From: Aquidulcibacter sp.
GTDB taxonomy: Bacteria; Pseudomonadota; Alphaproteobacteria; Caulobacterales; Aquidulcibacteraceae
DNA: 64,000 nt
NCBI RefSeq assembly: GCF_020253525.1
Contig: NZ_JADCBK010000004.1
Span: 52,261-116,260 of the forward strand
Reading direction: 5' to 3'
The translations under genes and the position numbers were made by a program. Positions 47,290-56,381 of the stretch are shown one piece after another. The notes beneath the pieces were generated by a model. It worked only from the letters and a program-made list of their open reading frames with translations. It was not told where the DNA came from and ran no database searches. Within the stretch, counting starts at the first letter, position 1, and every line of letters starts with the position of its first letter.

Positions 47290-48671
47290 CAGCGGTGGTC
47301 TAGCAGGCGAATGGGCTTTTGTCTGGACTCAATCTGGGTCAAAGCAGCGGTGCCGCCGGGCGGCACCAATTCGACCTGGGCTTCAATGCCCAGCTTGCGC
47401 TTCAAGGTCTCGCGATAGGCTTCGGGATTACCACCGCGATCTTCACACACCACGATCAGCTCGTCGCGGCCCTGCCCATCACGCACGACTTTACAGATCC
47501 ACTCGCCCGCAAAGGCTGGAAGCTCTGCCAGTATCGGCCCGACGGCTTGCGGGAAGACATTGATGCCGCGCAGCTTCACCATATTGTCGGATCGACCGAG
47601 GAAGCCTTCAATGCGTTTGAACTGCACGCTAATCGCGCTTGTGTCGGTGCGGAAGGCACTGACGTCATGGGTGTTGAAGCGGATGATGGGATAGACATCG
47701 TCCTTGAACAGACAAGTCACGACTAGATCGCCTGTTTGGCCGTCCGGTACGGGTTGTGCGGTGTCGAGATCGCAGATTTCCACCCAGTGCGCGTCTTCCA
47801 TCACATAATGACCATCCCGGTCGGGGCCTTCGCCTGCGATCATGCCGGTATCGCCGACGCCATACCAGTCATAGCAGGCCGCCCCACCCCAAAGGGCAGA
47901 GACCGCATCCTTATCTTCCCGGCCAAATTGGCCCGAGATCATGCGAATGGGGATGTCCACCCCGGGCTCTAGCCCTTCAGCGCGGGCCACTTCTGCCAGC
48001 TTTTTGATATAGTCGGTGAAGCCCAAAATCACCGTTGCGCCAAAGTCGCGCATCAGGCCCACCTGCGCCGCACTGCGTGTTTCGATGCCGGTGCCCGCCG
48101 ACATGAAGGTTGCGCTGGTCCAGCGGGTGACGGCCTCGCGGATATAATGCCCGCCATTGATCATGCCGTGACCATAGACGGAATGGACGACATCGCTGGG
48201 GCGCATGCCCTGCCAGCGGAACAGGCGGGCGAGCAAGAGGTTCTGCACCTCCCGGGTTTTGGCCCCAAAGAAGAGCGGCTGGGGTCGCCCCGTTGTACCG
48301 CTGGTCGTGTGAAAAATCATCGGCGGGCGGGCACCATCGGGATAGGAATCCAAGCCCGCAAAGTCACCAAACGGGGGGTGGAGCGCAATACTTTCGACAA
48401 CTTCTTGCTTGCCGAAAGTGGGCAATTTGGGCAAATCGTCGAGCGAGCGGATGTCGCCTGCTTCAATGCCATGCTTGCCCCACAGGCGTTGATAAAAGTG
48501 GGTCTTGGCCGCCCGCGCCATGAGCTTTTGAAACAGGCGCTCTTGATGGGCGCGTAACTGGTCGCGACTGATGCTGGTTGCCATCTTCACAAAGTCATCG
48601 CCAATCGGGTGGTCTTTGAGGAGGGCTGGATAATCGAGGCTTTGGGCGAAGCTGGTGTGTAAATCCGTCAC
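47289..48671 (-). CDS. Phenylacetate-CoA ligase (PaaK)-like AMP-forming ligase
   Basis: HTTSGTTGRP, WYGVGD, GRSDNMVKLRGINVFP. Confidence 0.88.
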   Translation of the reverse strand: MTDLHTSFAQSLDYPALLKDHPIGDDFVKMATSISRDQLRAHQERLFQKLMARAAKTHFYQRLWGKHGIEAGDIRSLDDLPKLPTFGKQEVVESIALHPPFGDFAGLDSYPDGARPPMIFHTTSGTTGRPQPLFFGAKTREVQNLLLARLFRWQGMRPSDVVHSVYGHGMINGGHYIREAVTRWTSATFMSAGTGIETRSAAQVGLMRDFGATVILGFTDYIKKLAEVARAEGLEPGVDIPIRMISGQFGREDKDAVSALWGGAACYDWYGVGDTGMIAGEGPDRDGHYVMEDAHWVEICDLDTAQPVPDGQTGDLVVTCLFKDDVYPIIRFNTHDVSAFRTDTSAISVQFKRIEGFLGRSDNMVKLRGINVFPQAVGPILAELPAFAGEWICKVVRDGQGRDELIVVCEDRGGNPEAYRETLKRKLGIEAQVELVPPGGTAALTQIESRQKPIRLLDHR

Positions 48672-50074
48672 GAGAGGATCCCTGCGGCAAGGCGGCCCAA
48701 CAGGCCGACATCAGTGAGTTCGGTCAGCTGGTCTGTGGCCTCGATAAGGGCGTCTTCCAGCTCAGGATTGGCCCGGCCAAAGCCAAAGGCGCAACAGGCT
48801 CGGAACTTTGCCAGATGGGCTTGCCGGCTCAAGGGGCGTTGGGGTGTGCCCAAAAGTTTGTCGATTGCCACGTCCAGAACCCGACCATCCTTCAGAACGG
48901 CGCGCGCCGATTGCGGCACAAAGGCAGAGGCTTCTGTCACCTCATTGACAACAACTTTGATGCGAGCCGCAAGCGCATGAATCGCCGGATCATTGAGGCG
49001 ATCTGGTGTAAAGTCTGTCAGCCCGACATCGCCCTTAGTCAAAGCAATCGCGCCGACATAGGGCAGACACAAACGGGCATAATTGACTTCCAATGGCGGG
49101 GGCGCGATGGGGCGACCGACCAGATGGTGGATCAAGGGCGGGGCTGAAATCGTCAGATGGTCGAGATTGTCGGCCGTCAGACCTTGGCGCGCCAAGTCTT
49201 GGATCATGTCGATCCCCCCGTGGGAGGCGCGACCACTGGGGAAGGGTTTCCAACTGACCTCTGCGGCGCGCCAATTTTGGCCAAGGCTTGCCATCACAGG
49301 CTCTAACGCTATGTCGCGTTCAAACAGCGAGAGATAGCCGAACGGCCCATCGATGGATCCCATGGGTCCGGGCAGACCTGCTTCGACCAAATCAACCGCG
49401 ACAAAGGCAGAGCGGGCGGCCCCGGCGACACTAGCCGCCAAAGCGGGCGTGCCTTCAACATGGGCCTGCATCGTGCCGGATGCAAAGGCAAGCGCATAGC
49501 CAAAAGCGTGGGCCGTTTGGTCCGCACTTAAGCCTCTGGCATGAGAAAGTGCCGCGACCGCGCCGAACAGGCCACAGGTGGCAGGTCGAAAGAAGCGGAT
49601 TTGGGACTTTGCCGCGACACCGAGGCCTGCTGCAACATCAACCCCGATCGCCGCCGCAGAAACATAGCGTTCACCACTGAGGCCTACCCGTTGTGCGTCC
49701 GCCAGTAAGACCGGGACTACCACGGTGAACGGGTGCAAAACCGCCCCCTCATGCACACAATCAAACTCTAACGCATGGGCCTGAAACGCATTGACGAAGG
49801 CGGCATGGGGGGCGGGCAAAGCTTCTCCGGTGGCAAAAACATTCGCATGGGTCCCATCGCCCCATGCTGCTGCCGCTTGGCGGACACCTGCTGCATAGGG
49901 GGAACGGGTGCCCGCAATTCCAACGCCAATCAAATCCAAGGTAAAGTTGCGGACAGCTTGGACCACTTCGGGCGGTAGATTGGCCAAAGTGGTTGAGGCC
50001 ACATGTTGGGCGAGCTTTTGCGCCGCTGTGTGTGGCGCATCCGTCTGTATAGACTCTGAGCTTTGTCCGGACAT
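48668..50074 (-). CDS. MmgE/PrpD family protein
   Basis: NAFQAHALEFDCVHEGAVLHP, KPFPSGRASH; ATG 50074 avoids a head-to-head overlap. Confidence 0.9.
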   Translation of the reverse strand: MSGQSSESIQTDAPHTAAQKLAQHVASTTLANLPPEVVQAVRNFTLDLIGVGIAGTRSPYAAGVRQAAAAWGDGTHANVFATGEALPAPHAAFVNAFQAHALEFDCVHEGAVLHPFTVVVPVLLADAQRVGLSGERYVSAAAIGVDVAAGLGVAAKSQIRFFRPATCGLFGAVAALSHARGLSADQTAHAFGYALAFASGTMQAHVEGTPALAASVAGAARSAFVAVDLVEAGLPGPMGSIDGPFGYLSLFERDIALEPVMASLGQNWRAAEVSWKPFPSGRASHGGIDMIQDLARQGLTADNLDHLTISAPPLIHHLVGRPIAPPPLEVNYARLCLPYVGAIALTKGDVGLTDFTPDRLNDPAIHALAARIKVVVNEVTEASAFVPQSARAVLKDGRVLDVAIDKLLGTPQRPLSRQAHLAKFRACCAFGFGRANPELEDALIEATDQLTELTDVGLLGRLAAGILS

Positions 50075-50096
50075 ATTGGGGACATAGCATGCTATG
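50046..50096. promoter_or_regulatory. Candidate HutC-type operators and palindromes at the divergon junction
   Basis: TGTATAGAC 50046-50054, TGTCCGGACA 50064-50073, CATAGCATGCTATG 50083-50096. Confidence 0.55.
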
Positions 50097-50155
50097 AGGG
50101 AAGCGCAATCGCTCTGACCCATTTTGCCGATCGAGACTGGAAAAACCTGCAGACC

Positions 50156-51445
50156 ATGACGCCTAGGCCACCCAATGCCCCATCCTTGAAACTGCCTTCG
50201 CCGGCAGAGGCAGCGAGACTATTGGCTGAACGGGCGCGCGGCGGGCGTGTTTTCATTCCAGCAGGGCCAGTGGAGCCTTTAACCTTGGCAGAAGCTTTTC
50301 GGGAAAGTCCCGGACTGGCCGATGGGGTGAGCTTTTGTGGCCTGTTCATTCCGGGGCTTAATCGTTTGGATTGGGCTGCACTATCGCCCGAAGCACAAGC
50401 AGAGGTTTTTCTGCCAAGCCCTGACTTTGCGGCGACCATCGCCACGGGGCAGACCCGCGTGATCCCCAGTCATTATTCAGCCGCTTGGCGCTTCTTCCAG
50501 ACGGCACCGTTCAAGGCGGCGGTGTTTCACCTTTCCCCACCAGATGTCGATGGCTTTTGCTCGCTGTCCTTATCGGCGGATGCAAGCCCAGCCTTTTTTG
50601 ATCGCGCTGTTTTTAAATTAGGCTTGATCAATCCCAGCTTGCCCGTGGTGCGGGGGGCGCCAAAGCTGCATTTAGGCGCTTTGGATGCGTGGGTGGAGGC
50701 CGATGCCCCGCCTGCGGAATTATCGACGCCAGCGCCTTCGGGTGATGTGCATGCCTTGGTTCAGCACGTGACAGGCTTGATTGAGGATGGGGCGACATTG
50801 CAGGCGGGGATTGGCAAATTGCCCGGTGCGATTATGGCGGGGCTGACCAACCGCCGCGGGCTGTCCATCCATTCGGGCTTGATTGGCGACTGGGTCCTGC
50901 CGCTAATGGAGGCTGGGGCCTTGGCAGAAGCCGAGGGAAGTTTGAAGGCTGGCGCTATTCTTGGCAGTCACACACTGCAGACCCGTATGGCGCAAGAGCC
51001 GCGCTTAAAGCTGATCCCGATTGCCGAGACCCACGGCGCGGCCCATCTTGGCGCGATTGCGCGCTTTATCAGCCTCAATGCGGCGCTGGAGGTAGATTTG
51101 TTCGGCCAGATCAATTGTGAGTTCGCTGGATCGCGCACCTTGGCAGGCGTTGGCGGGGCGGTCGATTTCTTGCGTGGCGCGCGTCTCAGCCCCGGTGGCA
51201 AGCCCATCGTGATGGTGCAAAGTCTCGGCAGGCAAGGAGAAAGCCGAATTGTGCCGCGCCTTAGCGCACCGAGTGTGTCTATCGCCCGCTCTGACGCGCC
51301 GATTTTGGTGACCGAGCACGGTGCAATTGATCTTGAACCCCTCGACAGCGAGGCGCGCGCCCAAGCAATCATCTCGCTCGCAGCCCCTCAGCATCGTGCG
51401 GACTTGTTGGCCGCTTGGGCGCAACACAAAGGTGGCAAACTATGA
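50156..51445 (+). CDS. Acetyl-CoA hydrolase / family I CoA transferase (4-hydroxybutyrate CoA-transferase-like)
   Basis: LQAGIGKLP, LEVDLFGQ (catalytic Glu), GVGGAVDF, VTEHG. Confidence 0.88.
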   Translation: MTPRPPNAPSLKLPSPAEAARLLAERARGGRVFIPAGPVEPLTLAEAFRESPGLADGVSFCGLFIPGLNRLDWAALSPEAQAEVFLPSPDFAATIATGQTRVIPSHYSAAWRFFQTAPFKAAVFHLSPPDVDGFCSLSLSADASPAFFDRAVFKLGLINPSLPVVRGAPKLHLGALDAWVEADAPPAELSTPAPSGDVHALVQHVTGLIEDGATLQAGIGKLPGAIMAGLTNRRGLSIHSGLIGDWVLPLMEAGALAEAEGSLKAGAILGSHTLQTRMAQEPRLKLIPIAETHGAAHLGAIARFISLNAALEVDLFGQINCEFAGSRTLAGVGGAVDFLRGARLSPGGKPIVMVQSLGRQGESRIVPRLSAPSVSIARSDAPILVTEHGAIDLEPLDSEARAQAIISLAAPQHRADLLAAWAQHKGGKL

Positions 51446-52158
51446 GTGCGCCCAACTCCCTCTATCGCCGTTTGGCAGATGAGTTGCGCAAAGCGATTGC
51501 GTCTGGCCAGTATCCAACCGGCAGCCTACTTCCTACTGAATCTGACCTGTGTGCCACCCATCAAGTCTCACGCCATACCGCCCGTGACGCCTTGCGTATC
51601 CTAACCGATGAAGGCCTGATTGAGCGGCGGCGGGGTGCAGGTTCCGTTGTGATTGCCGCCAAACCCGTTGGCCCCTTCTCGCAAGGCTGGGGCGAGATTG
51701 GCGATATTCTTCAATATGCGCGCGATACGCGCCTTGTCATTCAAAGCTATGGCGTCGCTGATCCCGCAGATTTGGTGGCTATGGGCCTTGACCCAACGTT
51801 GGATTGGATCGGGATTGATGGTCTGCGGGTGCGCGCAAGCGGCGGCAGACCTCTCGCCCATACCCGCATCTGTGTCCGGGCAGACCTTGCGCCACCGCGC
51901 GCCGCTTTGGACGATTGGCCCCATGCCATTGCCGAATATATCGCTCGCCATTCTGGGGTTCTGGCGGCCACGATTGAGCAGGATATTTCCGCGATCAAGT
52001 TAAGCCGCGACCTAGCCAAGCGCCTGCACGAGCATGCGGGCGATCCAGCACTTCGCACACGGAGACGCTATGGCGATGCTTCGGGCCATATTTATCAAGC
52101 CAGCATCAGCATCCATCCGGGCGAGCATTTCACCTATTCGATGTCGGTTAGTCGCTAA
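51442..52158 (+). CDS. HutC-subfamily GntR regulator (UTRA domain)
   Basis: LPTESDL...VSRHTARDAL HTH and C-terminal UTRA-like region; ATGA overlap with the upstream gene. Confidence 0.9.
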   Translation: MSAPNSLYRRLADELRKAIASGQYPTGSLLPTESDLCATHQVSRHTARDALRILTDEGLIERRRGAGSVVIAAKPVGPFSQGWGEIGDILQYARDTRLVIQSYGVADPADLVAMGLDPTLDWIGIDGLRVRASGGRPLAHTRICVRADLAPPRAALDDWPHAIAEYIARHSGVLAATIEQDISAIKLSRDLAKRLHEHAGDPALRTRRRYGDASGHIYQASISIHPGEHFTYSMSVSR

Positions 52159-53174
52159 CTTGCCATCATCATAATGCCGACGCCTGTGGCGGAGATAGCG
52201 GCAATAATGGCGGTCTGGATCAGAAGGGCTCCTACCGCGCGTGGGCCCAACAGCATCACGCCCTTGATTGAGGTATTGGCCCCTAAAGCGACCATCGAGA
52301 CGATCAAGCAGATGCTGGAAATCTTGGTCAGGGCGGCAATGCCTTCAGGCGTCAACCAGCCTGTATTGGCGACCACGATGGCGGCCACAAAGCCCAAGAG
52401 GAAAACCGGCACGGTGGCTTCATTTTCTTCCTGTTCGCCTTCTTTCCGGTCGCGCCAAGACAAGATCATCAACAGGCCAAAGATCACGACCGGCATCATG
52501 GCTACGCGGATCATTTTAACGGTGGTGGCTGCAGGGGTTGCCGCTTCGCCATAGACGTCCGACGCCGCAACGACTTGGGCAACTTCATGGATGGATGCGC
52601 CGAGGAACACCGCTGAAGGAATCATTGGGATATTGAAGAAGTGACACAACGCCGGATAGGCCACCACAGCAATCGTTCCGATAATGGTAATGCTCGCCAC
52701 GGTGGCGACCACGTCGCGCTCCACATTGGAATTGGGACGGCGCGCCAAAACTGTGGCAATCGCCAAAGCGGCCGAAGCCCCGCAAATCGCAACCGAGGTC
52801 GCCGTCAAGAACGCCGTGGCGCGCGGAAGTTTCAAAGCGCGTCCGGCGAGATAGCCTAAGCATAAGGTGCCAAAAGCGGCAGAGACTGCGATTACGGCGG
52901 GTTGCCAGCCCAGGGCCTGCAAGTCTGAGATTGTGATCCGAAAGCCCATCAGGGCAACGCCAACCCGCAACAAAGGCTTCGCCAATAGATCATTGCCGGG
53001 CTTAAAGGCGGGCTTGGTCAACACAATCGCTGCCAACATGCCAAGAAGCAAAGCGATCAACAGGGTGGGAACGCGCGTGCCTTGGGTCGGAAAATAAGCG
53101 ATGGCGGCCAGAAACAGGCCCAAGCCTACACCGGGGCCAAACTTTGAAAGCGATTTAATCATTAGGCCCCACAC
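52155..53174 (-). CDS. YeiH / putative sulfate exporter (PSE) family membrane protein
   Basis: LLRVGVALMG, SVAICGASAALA, GASIHEVAQVVA, KMIRV. Confidence 0.9.
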   Translation of the reverse strand: MWGLMIKSLSKFGPGVGLGLFLAAIAYFPTQGTRVPTLLIALLLGMLAAIVLTKPAFKPGNDLLAKPLLRVGVALMGFRITISDLQALGWQPAVIAVSAAFGTLCLGYLAGRALKLPRATAFLTATSVAICGASAALAIATVLARRPNSNVERDVVATVASITIIGTIAVVAYPALCHFFNIPMIPSAVFLGASIHEVAQVVAASDVYGEAATPAATTVKMIRVAMMPVVIFGLLMILSWRDRKEGEQEENEATVPVFLLGFVAAIVVANTGWLTPEGIAALTKISSICLIVSMVALGANTSIKGVMLLGPRAVGALLIQTAIIAAISATGVGIMMMAS

Positions 53175-53204
53175 TCATGCGCATCACCCCACGCGCTGAC
53201 TATA

Positions 53205-53468
53205 TTAGCTTAGGGCTGTTTCACCGGACTGTGCAATTGGGGCCGGTGTGGCGTTATGTTTGCGGTTACGGTGCAAAACCATCCGGTCGTGCAGGCAACA
53301 AATGGTTTGGCTTCCTGTAGATTTGAAAAGGCCAGGGATTAGGCCATGAATGATGCAGGCAAAAGCCGCCCCCAACATTTGGAAACCAAAGCTAAAGGCC
53401 ACGCCTAAATGTTCAAAATAGGTTTCGCCAACGCTCTCTGGATGCTCGACGAATAATTTTTTGAACAT
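53205..53468 (-). CDS. DUF6356-like small protein
   Basis: HPESVGETYFEH...ACIIHGLIPGLF..TGS. Confidence 0.8.
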   Translation of the reverse strand: MFKKLFVEHPESVGETYFEHLGVAFSFGFQMLGAAFACIIHGLIPGLFKSTGSQTICCLHDRMVLHRNRKHNATPAPIAQSGETALS

Positions 53469-53571
53469 GTCTGCTCTCTCCCTCTTTACTGGAAAAGGTT
53501 CTCACAGATTCTATGGTAAATTTTCACTTTCTTATTGAGTATCAGCAAGGCTTTGATATAATTCTTCGATC

Positions 53572-54048
53572 ATGAAGCCAGAAAATCAAAAAATCGACGA
53601 AGCAGACATTAAGCTTTTGTCCATACTTCAAACCGATGCCTCTGTATCTTTGGAGGAAATATCGTCGCGCACGGCGATGTCGGCCAATACAGCTTGGCGA
53701 CGAATTAGGCGGATGGAAGAAGCGGGCATTATCGCCAAGCGGGTGGCCTTGATCGATCCCGAAACGGTTGGTCTTGGCATGACGGTCTTTGTCGCCATCA
53801 AAACGTCGGACCACTCTGATGAATGGCTGGAAAACTTTGCGCGCTCGGTCTCGGCAATCCCTGAGGTGGTGGAGTTTTACCGCATGAGCGGGGATACCGA
53901 TTATTTGCTCAAACTCTTGGTCGCTTCCATCGCCGACTATGACCGCGTCTACAAAAAATTGATCCGGAGTGCGAAGCTGAGCGATGTGAGTTCCAGCTTT
54001 GCCATGGAGACCATCAAATTCACCACCGCCGTTCCTTTGCGAATTTAG
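53572..54048 (+). CDS. Lrp/AsnC regulator, DecR(YbaO)-like
   Basis: IKTSDHSDEW, FYRMSGDTDY, SDVSSSFAMETIKFTT closely parallel E. coli DecR. Confidence 0.88.
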   Translation: MKPENQKIDEADIKLLSILQTDASVSLEEISSRTAMSANTAWRRIRRMEEAGIIAKRVALIDPETVGLGMTVFVAIKTSDHSDEWLENFARSVSAIPEVVEFYRMSGDTDYLLKLLVASIADYDRVYKKLIRSAKLSDVSSSFAMETIKFTTAVPLRI

Positions 54049-54084
54049 CTTTTGGTACAAGTTTTTATGGTCTAAAGGGCAGGC

Positions 54085-55296
54085 ATGAGCTTAAAGCGCG
54101 TCCTTTTGATCGTAGGTGGCGGAATTTCTGCCTATAAGGCCCCCGAATTGGTGCGGGCGCTGGACAAGCATGGCATTGGCTGTCGGGTTATCCTGACCCA
54201 AGCGGGCAGCCAATTCGTGACACCTTTGACTTTGGCGAGCCTAACCAAGGATGACGTGCATCAAGAGCTGTTCAATCTGACCCATGAAGCCAAGATGGGC
54301 CATATTGAATTGTCGCGCAGTGCGGACTTGGTTTTGGTGGCCCCGGCGACGGCGGATTTGATTGGCAAAGTTGCTAATGGCTTGGCCAATGACTTGGCCT
54401 CAACGGCTTTGCTGGCGACTGATAAGCCCGTCTTGATGGCCCCGGCTATGAATGTCCGCATGTGGGAACATCCTGCGGTGCAGCGTAATCTGGCGACGTT
54501 GCGCGCAGATGGTGTTCACTTCATTGGACCCGATGAAGGGGCGATGGCCTGTGGCGAATATGGGCTTGGCCGTATGGCAGAGCCTGAAGCCATAGCCACG
54601 GCCCTAGAAGCGTTTTGGTACAAAGCCTCTGCCGATAAACCCTTGCGAGGCAAGCGCGCCGTTGTGACTGCCGGGCCAACTTTAGAGGCGTTTGACCCCA
54701 TCCGCTTTTTGTCCAACCGGTCTTCCGGTAAGCAAGGCTATGCCATTGCGCACGCACTCGCCGAAGCTGGCGCAGTGGTGACCTTAGTGTCGGGCCCTAC
54801 AGCGCTGAACGATGTGCCGGGCGTGAGCATGGTGCGGGTGGAAAGCGCGCGGGAGATGTTGGCAGCCTGTCAAAGTGCTTTGCCCGCCGATATTTTTGTT
54901 GCCGTTGCGGCTGTTGCTGATTGGCGGCCCGAGACCCGGGCAGATGTAAAGCTGAAGTTGAAGGGTGACGTCAAAGCACCCGCTATGACTTTGGTTGAAA
55001 ACCCAGATATTCTGGCCACCATTGCCCAACCGGGGCCGAAAAGGCCGAAACTGGTCATTGGCTTTGCGGCCGAAACGCACGAAGTCTTAGCCTATGCCAC
55101 GGCCAAACGGACAAAAAAAGGTTGTGACTGGGTAGTGGCCAATGATGTATCTGGCGATGTGATGGGTGGGGAGAGCAATCGAATTCTGCTGGTCACCGCA
55201 GAAGGGCACCAAAGTTGGCCCGAAGCGCCAAAAACCCAAATCGCCGTCCGCCTCGCTGAAGCAATTTCAGCGCATTTCAAGACTTCACCCGCCTAG
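54085..55296 (+). CDS. coaBC: Bifunctional phosphopantothenoylcysteine decarboxylase/ligase
   Basis: HIELSR, APAMN, TAGPT...DPIRFLSNRSSGKQG, GFAAET. Confidence 0.97.
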   Translation: MSLKRVLLIVGGGISAYKAPELVRALDKHGIGCRVILTQAGSQFVTPLTLASLTKDDVHQELFNLTHEAKMGHIELSRSADLVLVAPATADLIGKVANGLANDLASTALLATDKPVLMAPAMNVRMWEHPAVQRNLATLRADGVHFIGPDEGAMACGEYGLGRMAEPEAIATALEAFWYKASADKPLRGKRAVVTAGPTLEAFDPIRFLSNRSSGKQGYAIAHALAEAGAVVTLVSGPTALNDVPGVSMVRVESAREMLAACQSALPADIFVAVAAVADWRPETRADVKLKLKGDVKAPAMTLVENPDILATIAQPGPKRPKLVIGFAAETHEVLAYATAKRTKKGCDWVVANDVSGDVMGGESNRILLVTAEGHQSWPEAPKTQIAVRLAEAISAHFKTSPA

Positions 55297-56102
55297 AACG
55301 GCCAGAAAATCCCTAACATCAAGAGGCCGACCACAATCCGGTAATAGGCAAAGGGCGCAAAACCCATGCGCTGCACGATGCCAATGAATAATTTTATCAC
55401 AAAAATCGCGGTGATAAACGAGACGATAAAGCCGATGGCGACCAAAATTAGGTCTTGCCCACCTTGCGCCAGAAGAGCCTCGCGATTGCTCCAGCCTTCA
55501 TAGGCAAACACCCCCACCATGGTCGGGATAGAGAGGAAGAAGCTGAATTCTGCTGCAGGCTTGCGGTCGACACCCAGCATCATGGCCCCAATAATGGTGG
55601 CTCCCGAACGCGACATGCCCGGGATCAACGCCAGACATTGGCACAAACCAATCTTCAAACCCAGGCCGACCGAGATGTCATCAACATCGAGTACTTGCGG
55701 CTGCGGACGGAACCGCTCGGCCAGCAGGATCAAGATGCCCCCAATAACCAAAGTCACCGATACCACGACTGGACTGAACAAAACGCCTTTGATGAAGTCG
55801 TGTAGCAAGGCCCCGAGCATCATCGACGGAAAAAAGGCAAGAAGGACAGCTGCCGCAAATTGGCGCGATGCGGGGCTCGAAGGAAGCGTGATGAAGGCCC
55901 CCCAGAGCTTTTCAAAATAAAGTACCACGACGGCAAGGACCGCCCCGAGCTGAATCATAGTCTCGAACGTGTCGGGAACATCACCGGGCAGCAATTGCTC
56001 GGCCAGAATTAAGTGGCCTGTCGACGAAATCGGCAAGAATTCTGTCAGGCCTTCGATAATGCCCAACAAAACGGCTACGAGGTAATCGCTCATCTCATCC
56101 AT
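55293..56102 (-). CDS. uppP: Undecaprenyl-diphosphate phosphatase
   Basis: EGLTEFLPISSTGH, PGMSRSGATI, FSFFLSIP. Confidence 0.97.
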   Translation of the reverse strand: MDEMSDYLVAVLLGIIEGLTEFLPISSTGHLILAEQLLPGDVPDTFETMIQLGAVLAVVVLYFEKLWGAFITLPSSPASRQFAAAVLLAFFPSMMLGALLHDFIKGVLFSPVVVSVTLVIGGILILLAERFRPQPQVLDVDDISVGLGLKIGLCQCLALIPGMSRSGATIIGAMMLGVDRKPAAEFSFFLSIPTMVGVFAYEGWSNREALLAQGGQDLILVAIGFIVSFITAIFVIKLFIGIVQRMGFAPFAYYRIVVGLLMLGIFWPF

Positions 56103-56175
56103 TCAACTGCAAGCGTGGTGAAAGGCCTCATGGCATGGCTTCACGCGCAAAACCAGCCGAGCTTGCATCTGTGTA

Positions 56176-56283
56176 ATAGGTATACTTCATTACCTATAAG
56201 CACGCCTAAGTCTTCACCATATCGCGACCATTTGGTGGTCAGCTTCGTCCGTCCAGCCTATATAGGTACCATAGCTTACCTAA
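56176..56283. promoter_or_regulatory. Two copies of TAGGTA-N8-TACCTA upstream of gltD
   Basis: ATAGGTA-TACTTCAT-TACCTAT at 56176-56197 and ATAGGTA-CCATAGCT-TACCTAA at 56262-56283. Confidence 0.6.
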
Positions 56284-56381
56284 TAATGCAGATTGAACTT
56301 GGCAAAGCCGAGCTTTGACGGTAACGGAAGCTAGGCTGGCGTGGCGATTGCGCTGGTGATCTTTGGAATTGCGAGACAATT

